The notes: generated from the letters alone by a model not told the origin. Shown: positions 38,218 to 48,993, counted from the whole stretch's first letter. The stretch: DNA of 63,946 nucleotides, filler included, from Sandaracinaceae bacterium (GCA_947483975.1; 7 parts of 7 records of this genome joined end to end with filler, not necessarily neighbours in it), one strand, 5' to 3'. Made by a program: numbers and translations.

Positions 38218-39108
38218 AGCCTGGACGAACGCTGGTCACGGGCTTCCCGTCGAGCTTCTTGGCGCGGCGGGTGGTGCGGAAGCTGCTGACGACCGAGCCG
38301 GAGGGGCTGGTCACCTGCGTCGTGCAGGCGAAGTTCGGCGCGCGCGCGGAGGAGGCGCTCCGCGAGCTCGACGCGTCCGAGCGGGCGCGCATCCAGCTGA
38401 TCGAGGGGGACATCGCCTCGATGGACCTCGGGCTCTCGGGCAAGGAATTCCGGGAGCTCGCGCGCGAGGTCGAGATCATCCACCACTGCGCGGCGATCAC
38501 GTACCTCGGCGCCGACAAGCGCACGGCGGAGCACGTCAACGTCGGCGGCACGCGCGAGGTCGTGGAGCTCGCGGAGGCGGCGACGCAGCTCTCGCGGCTG
38601 GTGCTCTGGTCGACGGCGCTCGTGTCGGGCGCGCGGCGCGGCTACGTGCTCGAGGATGAGCTCACGGCGCAGTCGGGCTTCCGCAACTGCGTGGAGGAGA
38701 CGCGCTTCCGTGCAGAGCGCATCGTGCGCGAGGCGAGCGCGCGCGTACCGGCGACCGTGCTCCGCCCGGCGACGATCGTCGGCGACTCACGGACTGGCGA
38801 GATCGACCGCTTCGAGGGGCCGTACTTGCTGGTGCAGCTGCTGCTGAGCGCGCCGAGCGATCTGCGCATCCCGCTGCCTGGGCGCGGCGATGTGCCGCTC
38901 AACCTCGTGCCGGTGGACTTCGTGGTGGACGCGGGCTGCGCGATCGCCCGCGATCCGCGCTCGATCGGGCGCACTTTTCACCTCGTAGACCCGCACCCGC
39001 TGACGACGCGCGGCGTGTTCGAGCGCATCGCGCACGAGGCTGGGCGGCCGACGCCGCGCGGCTCGGTGCCGACGCGTATGGCGGCGGCGCTGCTGCGGGC
39101 GCCGGGGC
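38214..39108 (+). CDS. Extended SDR / NAD-binding oxidoreductase, 3'-truncated
   Basis: LVTGF, EGDI, HCAA, NVGGT, LRPATIVGDS, NLVPVDFV; ATG at 38214 overlaps the coaE stop. Confidence 0.85.
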
Positions 39109-39208
39109 NNNNNNNNNNNNNNNNNNNNNNNNNNNNNNNNNNNNNNNNNNNNTTAATTAATTAANNNNNNNNNNNNNNNNNNNNNNNNNNNNNNNNNNNN
39201 NNNNNNNN
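39109..39208. other. Artificial contig linker
   Basis: 44 N + TTAATTAATTAA + 44 N. Confidence 0.99.
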
Positions 39209-40838
39209 CGCTCAGCCGCGCGGCGGTCGGGCGCGCGATGCGCTGCAGGTCGGAGATGTCCCGCTGCACCGTCACGTCGTCGGGCATCGGCAGCCGCTCC
39301 GCCATGATCAGCGCCTCGATCTCGGCGACTCTCCGGCGGAGCGCGTCGTCGGCGGGATTCCCGTCGGCGAGCATCCTGTAGAGCTCCAGCGCGCGAATCG
39401 CGAAGCCCTGCTTCAGCAGCAACTCTGCCTCCACCGCGGGCGTCACGGTGTTGGTCTCGTCGTCGTCCCAGCTCGGCGTGGCCGACGACGCGCCCTTCGC
39501 TGACGCGTAGCCCGCCGTCGCCCCGAAGCCGCCCGAAGGACCGGCGCTCTTCTTCGAGAGCACGGGCGCAGTCGAGGGCACTCCCGGCGGGAGCTCGGCG
39601 CGCACTGCCGTCACGACCCGAGCGATATCGCTCGGCGAAACCCGGCGCGTGACGTCGGCCGGATTCGTCACCCGCTCCTCGCTCGGCGCGGCGTTCGGGT
39701 CGGCGGCGCGCACGCCCGCGATCTCGGTATAGAGCCTGGCGAGCTCCTCCGGACCGTCCTCCTCTGTGGACTCCCCGTCGTCGTAGGCGACGATGGCGAG
39801 CGGCACCGTCGGCCGGATGCCGATCTCCGCAGCCGCGACGTCGAGGGGGCGGCTCGCCGCGCGAGGCGTCACCGGGGCGCTCGGTGCGGTGAGGAAGCGC
39901 GTCACCGCCTGCACGTCGTCGAGCATCGCGCGCAGCTCGAGATTCTCAGGCTGGTTGACCACCACGCGCCGATAGAGCCGCTCGGCCTCGGCGACGTTGC
40001 CCATGCGCAGGTGCAGCTCCGCGACCTTCTGCGGTCCCATCGGCAGGGTGCGCGTGTCGATCACGTCCGGCATCCCGTCGCGCGTCTCGAGCACGTGCAG
40101 GATCCGCTCGAGCGCCTCGGCACCGATCGCTGCAGAGATGTCGTCCGGCGAGGTCGCACAGTGCGCGCGCAGCTGAGCCACCGCGCCGCGAAGATCGCGC
40201 TCCGCGATGAGGCGGGCGATCTCCCGGGCGAGCTCGCTCGGCTCGGCACCCGGCGCTTGCGGTTCGGGTGCCTCCTGGCTTCCCGGCGCGGTCGCTGCCT
40301 GCGCCACGCTCGCGGCGCTCTCGAGGGCGTGATCGAGGAGCAGCGCGCGGAGCACCGTGCGCCGCCGCGCCGCCCACGGCGGGAGCGCCTGCCCGCGCTG
40401 CACATGCTCTTCCACGAGCGACAGCGAGAGCGACGCGCCCCCGGTCATCAGGTGGCGAAAGGCTTGAAGCAGCTCCGGCTCCGCGTCGTCCGGGAGCGGA
40501 GCGAGCAGCTCATCGAGCACCCGCGCATGATCCGCGCCCGGCGGGACGCGATCGAGGCCCGCGCCGCTGAGCACCGCGCGCGCCTCGAGGAACATCCCCC
40601 GCGCGACGTAGTCCTCCGCGAGCGACAGATCGAGCTCGACCTCTGGGCCTGAGACCGCCGCGTCGGGCCTCGCCTCGAGCGCCTTGAGGAGCGCGGCGCA
40701 GGCGCGCTCGCCGGGGTCGCGTCGAGTCGCCGCGCGCAGGAGCAGCATGGCCGGATCGCGGGCGCCTCGCTTGAGGAGCTCACGCGCGACGTGGTCGGTC
40801 GGCGGCAGAAAGGCGCGAGGTGGAGAGGATCGCGACAT
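39209..40838 (-). CDS. Hypothetical TPR-containing protein, 3'-truncated
   Basis: TPR-like AELHLRMGNVAEAERLY and AELLLKQGFAIRALELY separated by low-complexity linkers. Confidence 0.7.
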
Positions 40839-40898
40839 GGGAGCGAGCCGCGGCGACCTTAGCGCGGATCGCCGCCGCGCCGCTACGACCTTCGACGC

Positions 40899-41705
40899 TC
40901 AGCCAGCGGTCCGCTGCACCGGGCGAAACCACCGAACGATCAGCCCGAGGTTGACGGCGACGAACACCAGGCACAGCCCGGCGAGCACGAGCGCCCAACC
41001 ATACGAGCCCGGCGGCTCGTCCGCGAGCAAGACATACGAATCGCGCGTCACCGGCACGCCGACCTGCTCCCGCAGATACGAACGCACGCCTGCGAGCCGC
41101 CCGCCAAGCTGCCCGAAGGTCACCAGCCGACCGCTCCACTCCCGCCGCGCGATCCGCGCCTCGTCGCCGAGGCTCTCGCTCGGCACCGACACGAAGACCG
41201 TGCGCTGCCCCGCGAGCGGGAAGATCGCGTACGTCCCGGCGCCCATCACCCGCTGGTAATGCACCGTGCCCGACGCCATCGGCGTCCCGCGGACGCGGAC
41301 GAAGCTGTTCGAAGCGAGCGTGCCGACGTCGAGGGCGGTCACCTCGCCGAGATCGACCGCCGTCTCGCTCGCGAAAAAATAGCCGAGGTCCGTGCGGAGC
41401 GTCCCGAGCAGCCCGAGCGCGGCGACGATCGTCGCGAGCATCAAGGAGCCGGACACCATTCGCCGAGTCCCGGGCGGCGCTGGGAGCGCGAGCAGCTCCG
41501 GATCGAGCGTCGCGGCCGCCCCAGACGGTTCCCCGCCCGGCCGTGGCTGGCCTGTCCCGCCCGGTCTCGAGGTGCCCCCCAGGAGCCCGTCCTCGACCCC
41601 AGAATCCACCGCAGACGCGAGTATTTCCGCGGACTTCGCCACGTGTACCACCTGAGCGCTGGCCGCCGACCCGGCGGACGCCATTCCTGCGAGAGCCTGA
41701 CGCAC
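40899..41705 (-). CDS. Hypothetical two-TM membrane protein (start uncertain)
   Basis: Two hydrophobic helices flanking a soluble domain; DPELLALPAPP motif. Confidence 0.7.
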   Translation of the reverse strand: MRQALAGMASAGSAASAQVVHVAKSAEILASAVDSGVEDGLLGGTSRPGGTGQPRPGGEPSGAAATLDPELLALPAPPGTRRMVSGSLMLATIVAALGLLGTLRTDLGYFFASETAVDLGEVTALDVGTLASNSFVRVRGTPMASGTVHYQRVMGAGTYAIFPLAGQRTVFVSVPSESLGDEARIARREWSGRLVTFGQLGGRLAGVRSYLREQVGVPVTRDSYVLLADEPPGSYGWALVLAGLCLVFVAVNLGLIVRWFRPVQRTAG

Positions 41706-41836
41706 GACCGTTTCGACAACGGACGATGCGAAAGGTTCGCTCGGTGTAGCACGGGAGCAAGAAACAACGGCGCGAGACCTGCTCGGAGGCCCCGCGACGT
41801 GCGCGAGGCCGACCTGCAGATCTCGCGCGGCCGTGC

Positions 41837-42310
41837 TCAGCCCTTCTTCGAGGTCTTCTTGACCGGCGCGTTGCGCGCGGCGGCCTTCTTGACCGGCGCG
41901 GCCTTGGCGACGACCTTCACGGCCGCCTTCTTGGCGACGGGCGCGACCTTCGCCTTGCCCTTGGGCGCGGCGGCGGCCTTCGCGCGCTTGACCGTCGCGC
42001 GCTGCGCGTCGAGCAGGCGCGGCGTCGAATACTTCTCGAGACGAGCCTTGTAGCCCTCGTCCTTCGAGCGAGCTTCGGCCGTGAGGATGGCGGTGATGAG
42101 GCCGGCGCGAGAGCCGAACTCCTTCTTCACCGTGCTGAGCGTATCGTGGAGCTTCACGAGCTTCGCATTCGACACGTGCGCCAGACCCTTGTCAGCGTTC
42201 GTGCGATCGATCCAGAGGTCGCCAGACGCGAGCCCCTCGACGGCCTTCAGCAGGCCGGCCTTGTCCGTGAAGCGCTCCTTCATCTGAGCGAGCGGCGACT
42301 TCTTCGTCAT
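41837..42310 (-). CDS. Basic protein with histone H1-like Lys/Ala tail
   Basis: GGAGGA RBS and ATG at 42310; C-terminus KKAAVKVVAKAAPVKKAAARNAPVKKTSKKG. Confidence 0.8.
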   Translation of the reverse strand: MTKKSPLAQMKERFTDKAGLLKAVEGLASGDLWIDRTNADKGLAHVSNAKLVKLHDTLSTVKKEFGSRAGLITAILTAEARSKDEGYKARLEKYSTPRLLDAQRATVKRAKAAAAPKGKAKVAPVAKKAAVKVVAKAAPVKKAAARNAPVKKTSKKG

Positions 42311-42437
42311 TGGGTCCTCCCGAAAGGGCGCGGCTCTTAGCATCCGGTCCGCCGAGGCGCAACGCTTCGTGCCACGACCGACGCATGATCGAGGGTGAGC
42401 CTTTACACCGGGAGGGCCGACCAGTAGAGCGGTGCCG

Positions 42438-45400
42438 ATGGCTGAGTTCGTCCACCTGCACGTCCACTCGCAGTACTCGATGCTCGACTCGTCGATCCGG
42501 CTGAAGTCGCTCGTCGAGCGGGTGAAGTCGTTCGGCATGCCCGCGGTCGCGCTCACGGATCACGGCAACATGTTCGGCGCCGTGCAGCTCGTGAAGTACT
42601 GCAAAGAGGCCGGGATCAAGCCGATCCTCGGCTCCGAGGTGAACGTCGTGCCGGGGCGCCGCGACGACCCAGCGCAGCGCAATCACTTCCACCTCGTGCT
42701 CCTCGCCAAGAGCCAAGAGGGCTACCAGAACCTCGTGCGCATCGTGTCGCGCGGCTGGGTCGAGGGGCTCGTGCTCGGCACCCCGCGCGTCGACTTCGAG
42801 CTGCTGCGCGAGCACCACAAAGGAATCGTCGCGCTGACCGGCTGCATGGGCGGATATCTCGCCCAAGAGGTGCTGCTCAAGGGGCCGCGCGCGGGGCGCG
42901 AGGCGCTCGGAAGGCTCCGCGACACCTTCGAGCCGGGCGCGCTCTTCGTGGAGCTTCAAGACCACGGCTTTCACGAGCAGAAGCCGCTCAACACGATCCT
43001 CGTCGAGCTCGCGCGGGAGCTCGAGGTGCCGGTCGTCGCGTCGAACGACTGCCACTACCTCGAGCAAAAAGACGCGCGCGCGCAGATGATCCTGTCGTGC
43101 ATCGCGGCCGGCCGCATGGTCGCGGAGGTCGAGAACGCGCACCACGGCTCGGATCAGATCCACGTGCGCTCGCCCGGCGAGATGGAGGCGCTCTTCAGCC
43201 ACGTCGACGGCGCGCTCTCGAATTCGCTGCTGATCGCCGAGATGTGCGGAGGCCAGGCGACGCCGAACCGCAAGCCTTCCCTGCCGCGCTTCCCGATGCC
43301 CGCGGCGACCGCGGACGTCCCCGCGATGACCGAAGAGGAGCTCTTCCGAAAGCTCGCGAAGGCCGGCCTCGAGCGCCGCTTCGACGACTTCGCCGCCATC
43401 GGCAAGACCGTCGACGAGGAGGCGTATCGCGCGCGCCTCGCGTGGGAGGCCGACGTCATCGTGCAGATGGGGTTTCCGGGCTACTTCCTGATCGTCCAGG
43501 ACTTCATCAACTGGGCGAAGGAGCACGACTGTCCGGTCGGCCCGGGCCGCGGCTCGGGCGCAGGCTCGATCGCCGCCTACGCGCTGCGCATCACGGACAT
43601 CGACCCCATCCCGTATGGCCTGCTCTTCGAGCGCTTCCTCAACCCAGAGCGCGTGTCGATGCCGGACTTCGACATCGACTTCTGCATGGACAACCGCGAC
43701 CGCGTGATCGAGTACGTGCGCGGGAAATATGGCCGCACCTCGGTCGGGCAGATTGCCACTTTCCACCTGCTGAAGAGCAAGAGCGTCGTGCGCGACGTCG
43801 GCCGCGTCATGAAGATGACGCCGCTCGACACGGGCAAGATCGCGGCGATGATCCCCGAACCCGTACAGGGCAAGATCGTCACGATCAAAGACGCGATGGC
43901 GCAGGAACCGAAGCTCAAGGCGAGCTACGAAGAGTATCCGCACATCAAGGATCTGCTCGACACGGCGATGCGCCTCGAGGACCTGACGCGGCACGCGGGT
44001 ATGCACGCGGCCGGCATCGTGATCAGCGAAGGTCCGCTCTGGGACAGCGTCCCGGTGTTCTGCCCTGAGCCGGACAACTACGTCACTCAGTTCCACAAGG
44101 ACGACGTCGAGTCTGCGGGCTTGGTGAAGTTCGACTTCCTCGGTCTCAAGACGCTCACGGTCATCGACCTCGCGGTCAAGCTGGTCAATCGGCGCCCCGA
44201 CCGGCAAGACAAGCCCTTCGTGCTCGAGCACATCTCGCTCGACGACAAGGCGACTTATGCGCTCCTCACCTCGGGTGAGACGAAGAACGTCTTTCAGCTC
44301 GAGTCGTCCGGAATGCAGAGCTTGTTTCAGAAGCTCAAGCCGGACCGCTTCGAGGACGTGATCGCGGCCGTCGCGCTCTATCGTCCCGGCCCGCTCGGCT
44401 CGGGCATGGTGGACGACTTCGTCCAGCGCAAGCACGGGCGCGTGAAGGTCGTGTATCCGCACAAGTGTCTCGAGAAGGTCCTCAAGCCGACCTACGGCGT
44501 CATCGTCTATCAAGAGCAGGTGATGCAAGCCGCGCAGGAGATGGCGGGCTACTCGCTCGGCAGCGCCGACATCCTGCGGCGCGCGATGAGCAAGAAGAAG
44601 GCGGAGGAGATGGCCGAACAGCGCGCCACCTTCATCGCGGGGGCGCAGGCGAAGGGCTACGACGGCGCCGACGCGGACACCGTCTTCTCGCTGATCGATC
44701 ACTTCTCGGGCTACGGCTTCAACAAATCCCACTCTGCCGCGTATGCGCTCATCTGCTATCAGACTGCCTATCTGAAGGCGCACTTTCCTGCCGAGTTCGT
44801 GTGCGCGACGCTGAGCGCCGACAAAGACAAGATCGACAAGGTCGTCCGCACGGTCACGGAAGCGCGGGATATGGGCATCATGGTGCTCCCGCCGGACGTC
44901 AACGAGAGCGACCTCGACTTCACCGTCGTCTACGATCCCGAGGGCGCTGCGGCGAGCGCGACCGCGGGCGGCAAGGCGCCGAAGAAGCGCCGAGCCAACG
45001 AACCCGTCGCGCTCGATGGCGTCGTGCGGGACGCGCTCGGGCCACGCATTCGCTTCGGGCTCGGCGGGCTCAAGGGCGTCGGACAGAGCGCGCTCGAGGC
45101 GATCTTCGAGGCGCGGCGAGGCGGCGACGGCAAGCCGGGCGCGGACAAGACGGAGGAGCCTTTCGCGGACCTCTTCGACTTCTGCGCGCGCGTCGACGTG
45201 CGCCGTGTGAACAAGAACGTCTGCGAGGCGCTCGTACAGTCCGGCGGCTTCGACACGCTGCACAAGCCCCTCAGCATCGGGCGGGCGCAGAGCTTCGACG
45301 CGATCGAGGCGGCGCTCGAGCGCGGCAAGCGGATGAGCGCAGAGCGCGCGAGCGGACAGACGAGCCTGTTCGGGCTGCTCGGCGGTGCGGTAGCGGGCCC

Positions 45401-46142
45401 GACGACGGGCAGCAAGCCGCGCGCGCAGGACTATCCGAGCACCGAGCCTTGGGATGTGCGCGAGACGCTCGCGCGGGAGAAGGCGACGCTCGGCTTCTAC
45501 GTCAGCGGGCACCCGCTCGACCGCTATGCGAGCGAGCTCAAGCGCTTCTGCAACGCGACGACCGAGTCGATGGCGTCGCTGCCCGAGGGCGCGCGCATCA
45601 CGATCGGCGGCTCGATCGAGGGCTATCGAGTCCGCCCGACGAAGACCGGCGGGAAGATCGCGTTCTTCTCGCTGGAGGACTCGCTCGGCCGCATCGAGGT
45701 CGTCGTCCGCCCGAAGATCCTCGATCAGGAGGGGATCGCGGAGATCCTCGCCGCGGGTGAGCCCGTCGTCATCACGGGCGACGTGCAGTACGAGCGCGAG
45801 CGAGGCGGGCGAGGCGGCGAAGAAGAGGAGGCGCCGAGCGATGTGCCGAGCGAGGCGAAGCTGCTCCTCGACGAGGTCACGCCCCTCGCGCAGGCGCTCC
45901 GCGCGCGGACGAAGGCGGTCAAGATCCGGCTCTTCGTCGAGCGCTGTGATCAGCAGAAGCTGAAGGCGATGCGCGACGCGCTCGAGAAGCATCCGGGACC
46001 GTGCCCGGTGATCCTCGAGCTCGCGTCGAGCGAGCGCTGGGCGGTCTCGTTCGGCACGACGGGCCTCAGCGTCGAGCCGAGCGAAGCGCTGCTATCTCAG
46101 CTCGAGCGGCTCTTCGGCGAGAAGGTCACCGAGCTGAGATAG
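42438..46142 (+). CDS. dnaE: DNA polymerase III alpha subunit
   Basis: PHP HLHVHSQYS, GPGRGSGAGS, FERFLNPERVSMPDFDIDF, KFDFLGL, YGFNKSH, OB fold. Confidence 0.98.
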   Translation: MAEFVHLHVHSQYSMLDSSIRLKSLVERVKSFGMPAVALTDHGNMFGAVQLVKYCKEAGIKPILGSEVNVVPGRRDDPAQRNHFHLVLLAKSQEGYQNLVRIVSRGWVEGLVLGTPRVDFELLREHHKGIVALTGCMGGYLAQEVLLKGPRAGREALGRLRDTFEPGALFVELQDHGFHEQKPLNTILVELARELEVPVVASNDCHYLEQKDARAQMILSCIAAGRMVAEVENAHHGSDQIHVRSPGEMEALFSHVDGALSNSLLIAEMCGGQATPNRKPSLPRFPMPAATADVPAMTEEELFRKLAKAGLERRFDDFAAIGKTVDEEAYRARLAWEADVIVQMGFPGYFLIVQDFINWAKEHDCPVGPGRGSGAGSIAAYALRITDIDPIPYGLLFERFLNPERVSMPDFDIDFCMDNRDRVIEYVRGKYGRTSVGQIATFHLLKSKSVVRDVGRVMKMTPLDTGKIAAMIPEPVQGKIVTIKDAMAQEPKLKASYEEYPHIKDLLDTAMRLEDLTRHAGMHAAGIVISEGPLWDSVPVFCPEPDNYVTQFHKDDVESAGLVKFDFLGLKTLTVIDLAVKLVNRRPDRQDKPFVLEHISLDDKATYALLTSGETKNVFQLESSGMQSLFQKLKPDRFEDVIAAVALYRPGPLGSGMVDDFVQRKHGRVKVVYPHKCLEKVLKPTYGVIVYQEQVMQAAQEMAGYSLGSADILRRAMSKKKAEEMAEQRATFIAGAQAKGYDGADADTVFSLIDHFSGYGFNKSHSAAYALICYQTAYLKAHFPAEFVCATLSADKDKIDKVVRTVTEARDMGIMVLPPDVNESDLDFTVVYDPEGAAASATAGGKAPKKRRANEPVALDGVVRDALGPRIRFGLGGLKGVGQSALEAIFEARRGGDGKPGADKTEEPFADLFDFCARVDVRRVNKNVCEALVQSGGFDTLHKPLSIGRAQSFDAIEAALERGKRMSAERASGQTSLFGLLGGAVAGPTTGSKPRAQDYPSTEPWDVRETLAREKATLGFYVSGHPLDRYASELKRFCNATTESMASLPEGARITIGGSIEGYRVRPTKTGGKIAFFSLEDSLGRIEVVVRPKILDQEGIAEILAAGEPVVITGDVQYERERGGRGGEEEEAPSDVPSEAKLLLDEVTPLAQALRARTKAVKIRLFVERCDQQKLKAMRDALEKHPGPCPVILELASSERWAVSFGTTGLSVEPSEALLSQLERLFGEKVTELR

Positions 46143-46166
46143 GCGCGGACGCTTCGCCCGGAGGCG

Positions 46167-47171
46167 CTACGGGCAAGCGATGAAGTGGTCCGAGGGCGCA
46201 GGAACGCCCTGCGCACCGAGGAAGATCCCCTTCAGCTCGTCCTCGCCGTCGAGGCGGAGACGGAAGCGCACGCAGGCGTTGTTCTCGGCGCGGAAGTCGA
46301 GCCCGTCGAAGCCGCCCTGCGCGGTGAGGTCGAAGTGGACCGCGCGCCCCCGCTGCACGACGCGGTCCGCAAGCTCGGCGCGAGTGACCGCGACGAGCTG
46401 AACTACCGCGCCGCCGTCGCCGACGATCCGCCCTTGGAAGCGGGCGTCGCGGCCCCCCGTCGGCATACGCAGATGCCACACGCCATCCGGCGTGACCCAG
46501 ATCCAATAGGCTGCGTGCCGACCGCGCTCGAAGTGCGCCGGCTGACCGCGCGCGTCGCCGATGCCCGCGCGCACCGGGGGCGTGCGCACCTCTGCGTACT
46601 CCTCGACGGGGCCGTACGGCGGCGCAGGCTGGACGACCACGGGCGGTGGCGGCGCGGGCTGAACGAGGACGGGCGGTGGCGGCCGCACGGGGACCACGGT
46701 GATCGGCGGGGGCTGCACGACGACCTCCGTCCCCGGCGCGACCCACTGCCCCTCGACGAAGACCCAGACGCCGTTCTGCAGGGTCCACTGCGGCGCCTGC
46801 CAGACCCAGCCGACCTGCTGCGGACGCTGCCAGCGGCCCGCGCCCCACACGTGGCGCTGCCCGTTCCAGCGCCAGTAGCCCGGCGTCCACACCTGTCCCT
46901 GACGCGGAGGGCGCCCGTGCACCTCCACGCGCCCCGGCGGTGGCGCGACGATCGGCGGCGGCATCGGCTGCGGCGGCCTGATCGACGGCCGACCCTGCGG
47001 CGGCGGGCGACGACCGCGCACGCGCACGAGCGGCGCCCCGACCTGCACGCCGACCGTGGGCCCCCGGCCCTCGACTCGAACGTGCTGCGCCTCGACTCCC
47101 GTGGCCCCGCAGCAAACGACGGCCACCATCAGAAACGCGCCGCCCGCCCCCCCCTTCCATCGCTTGGTCAT
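46167..47171 (-). CDS. Secreted Pro-rich YXWGXW-repeat protein
   Basis: ATG at 47171, signal peptide, VWTPGYWRW...VWGAGRW...WVFVEGQW repeats, globular C-terminal domain. Confidence 0.75.
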   Translation of the reverse strand: MTKRWKGGAGGAFLMVAVVCCGATGVEAQHVRVEGRGPTVGVQVGAPLVRVRGRRPPPQGRPSIRPPQPMPPPIVAPPPGRVEVHGRPPRQGQVWTPGYWRWNGQRHVWGAGRWQRPQQVGWVWQAPQWTLQNGVWVFVEGQWVAPGTEVVVQPPPITVVPVRPPPPVLVQPAPPPPVVVQPAPPYGPVEEYAEVRTPPVRAGIGDARGQPAHFERGRHAAYWIWVTPDGVWHLRMPTGGRDARFQGRIVGDGGAVVQLVAVTRAELADRVVQRGRAVHFDLTAQGGFDGLDFRAENNACVRFRLRLDGEDELKGIFLGAQGVPAPSDHFIACP

Positions 47172-47265
47172 GGTGTTCCCCCCGAATCGTCCAAGGCGCG
47201 CCCGCGTCGAGCCATCAGGCGCGAGGCTGAGCGCGCGTTCCCCCAGAATCCCAACGCCCCCGCGG

Positions 47266-47988
47266 ATGTTGCAGACGTTGCGTGTGCACCACCCCGAGAG
47301 GCACCCTCCGCCCGTGCAGAGCCCACGCAGCGAAGCCGAGCTTCTCGGACGTACGCGCGCTTTCGCGGGGTGCACGCTCGCGGAGGTCGCAGCGTCTGCG
47401 GGCGTCGCGCTGCCCGCCGAGCCCGCGCGCGCGAAGGGCTTCGTCGGGACGCTCGTCGAGCGCGCGCTCTTCGTCTGCCCGAAGCCCGGCGCGGCGGGCC
47501 CCGATCTCGCGGAGCTCGGCATCGAGATCAAGACGATCCCGCTCGCGGCAGGCGGGCAACCGCGTGAGAGCACGTTCGTGTGCACGCTCCCGCTCGGCCG
47601 CCTCGAGCACGACACCTGGGAGACGAGCGCCGTCCGCAAGAAGCTGGCGCGCGTGCTCTGGGTCCCGGTCGAGCACGATCGCGCTCTCGCCTTCGGCGCG
47701 CGGAGGCTCGGCGCCGCGTGGCTCTGGTCGCCGAGCGAGGCCGAGGACGCGACGCTGCGGGCCGACTGGGACGCCGTGCAGCGGCTCGTGCTGCGCGGCG
47801 CCGTGGAGACGCTCGACGCGCGCCTCGGCACCGCCCTGCAGGTGAGGCCGAAGGCGCGGCACGGCGGAATGCGCGTCCGCGCGCCGGGCGAGGGCGAAGT
47901 CCCGACCTCGACGATGCCCCGCGGCTTCTATCTGCGGGCGACGTTCACGGCCGCGATCGTGCGGGCGTGCTATCCGAGCGCGCAGTGA
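47266..47988 (+). CDS. mutH: MutH-like endonuclease (MutH/Sau3AI family, single domain)
   Basis: PRSEAELL, KGFVGTLVE, PD..LGIEIKTIP, ESTFVC, LWVPVE, WSP, LQVRPK, RGFYLR, collinear with enterobacterial MutH; start uncertain (47266-47314). Confidence 0.85.
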   Translation: MLQTLRVHHPERHPPPVQSPRSEAELLGRTRAFAGCTLAEVAASAGVALPAEPARAKGFVGTLVERALFVCPKPGAAGPDLAELGIEIKTIPLAAGGQPRESTFVCTLPLGRLEHDTWETSAVRKKLARVLWVPVEHDRALAFGARRLGAAWLWSPSEAEDATLRADWDAVQRLVLRGAVETLDARLGTALQVRPKARHGGMRVRAPGEGEVPTSTMPRGFYLRATFTAAIVRACYPSAQ

Positions 47989-48846
47989 GCGACACGACCG
48001 CCGAGCACGAGCAAGACGCCCTCCTCCGCTGGGGCTGGGACGCCGGCTGGCAGGACGTGCTCACCGCAGAGTCGAACAGCGCCTCGCCGAGCCCGGCCTC
48101 GCCCGACGATCTGGCGCGCGTGATCGTGGGGCACCGCGGCGAGGTCGACGTCGCCCGCGGCGAGCTGGTCGAGCGCGCTGCGCTCTCGCCCGCGCTGCGC
48201 AAGGTCGCGACGCCGATCGTCGGCGACTTCGTGCGCCTCGGCGGACGCGGTGCGCGTGGGCTGCGCGAGGTCGTGCAGGTGCTGCCGCGCCGCACGACGC
48301 TGGTTCGCAAGGCCGCCGGACGCGCGACCGGCGCGCAGGCGATCGGCGCGAACGTGGACGCCGTGATGCTCGCGACGGCGCTGATCTTCGACCTCAACGT
48401 GCGCCGCCTCGAGCGCTTCCTCGCGCTCGTCGCAGAGAGCGGCGCGCGCCCCGTCGTCGTGCTGACCAAAGCCGATCTCGTCACGCCCGAGAGCGCCGAG
48501 CTGACCGCGCAGCAGGTGCGCTCGGTACTCGGCGAGGCCGTGCCCGTGCACGTCACGAGCGCGCGCTCAGGCAGCGGCCTCGACGCGCTCGAGCCGTACT
48601 TCGAGCACCAACGGACCGTCGCGCTGCTCGGCTCCTCGGGCGTCGGCAAGTCCACGCTGCTCAACGCCTGGCTCGCGGAGGACGACGCGCACGCGGTCGG
48701 CGGGCTGCGCGGCGACGGCCGCGGCAGGCACACGACGACGCGCCGCGAGCTCGTCGTGCGGCCCCGCGGCGGCCTCGTGCTCGACACTCCCGGCGTCCGC
48801 GAAGTGGGCCTCTGGCTCGACCGCGACGAGAGCGCGCTCGACGACA
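47985..48846 (+). CDS. rsgA: Ribosome small subunit-dependent GTPase RsgA, 3'-truncated
   Basis: VGD, ANVD, LTKAD, GSSGVGKST, GRHTTT, DTPG (circularly permuted GTPase); GTG at 47985. Confidence 0.93.
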
Positions 48847-48946
48847 NNNNNNNNNNNNNNNNNNNNNNNNNNNNNNNNNNNNNNNNNNNNTTAATTAATT
48901 AANNNNNNNNNNNNNNNNNNNNNNNNNNNNNNNNNNNNNNNNNNNN
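48847..48946. other. Artificial contig linker
   Basis: 44 N + TTAATTAATTAA + 44 N. Confidence 0.99.
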
Positions 48947-48993
48947 CGCTGCGCCTGGGGACGCGGTCGCGCGGCGACGTGGGGGCTGCTCGC

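Noticed and set aside
42192..45992. 1266-aa antisense ORF, and similar long ORFs at 4715..6718, 14739..17276, 22435..25449, 35456..37597, 48979..51933, 60139..61998
   Set aside because: Shadow frames of real genes, expected in very high-GC DNA; Arg/Ala-rich with no motifs.
42438..46142. Intein in DnaE
   Set aside because: No Cys/Ser...His-Asn splice motifs or LAGLIDADG blocks; the length is explained by short loops.
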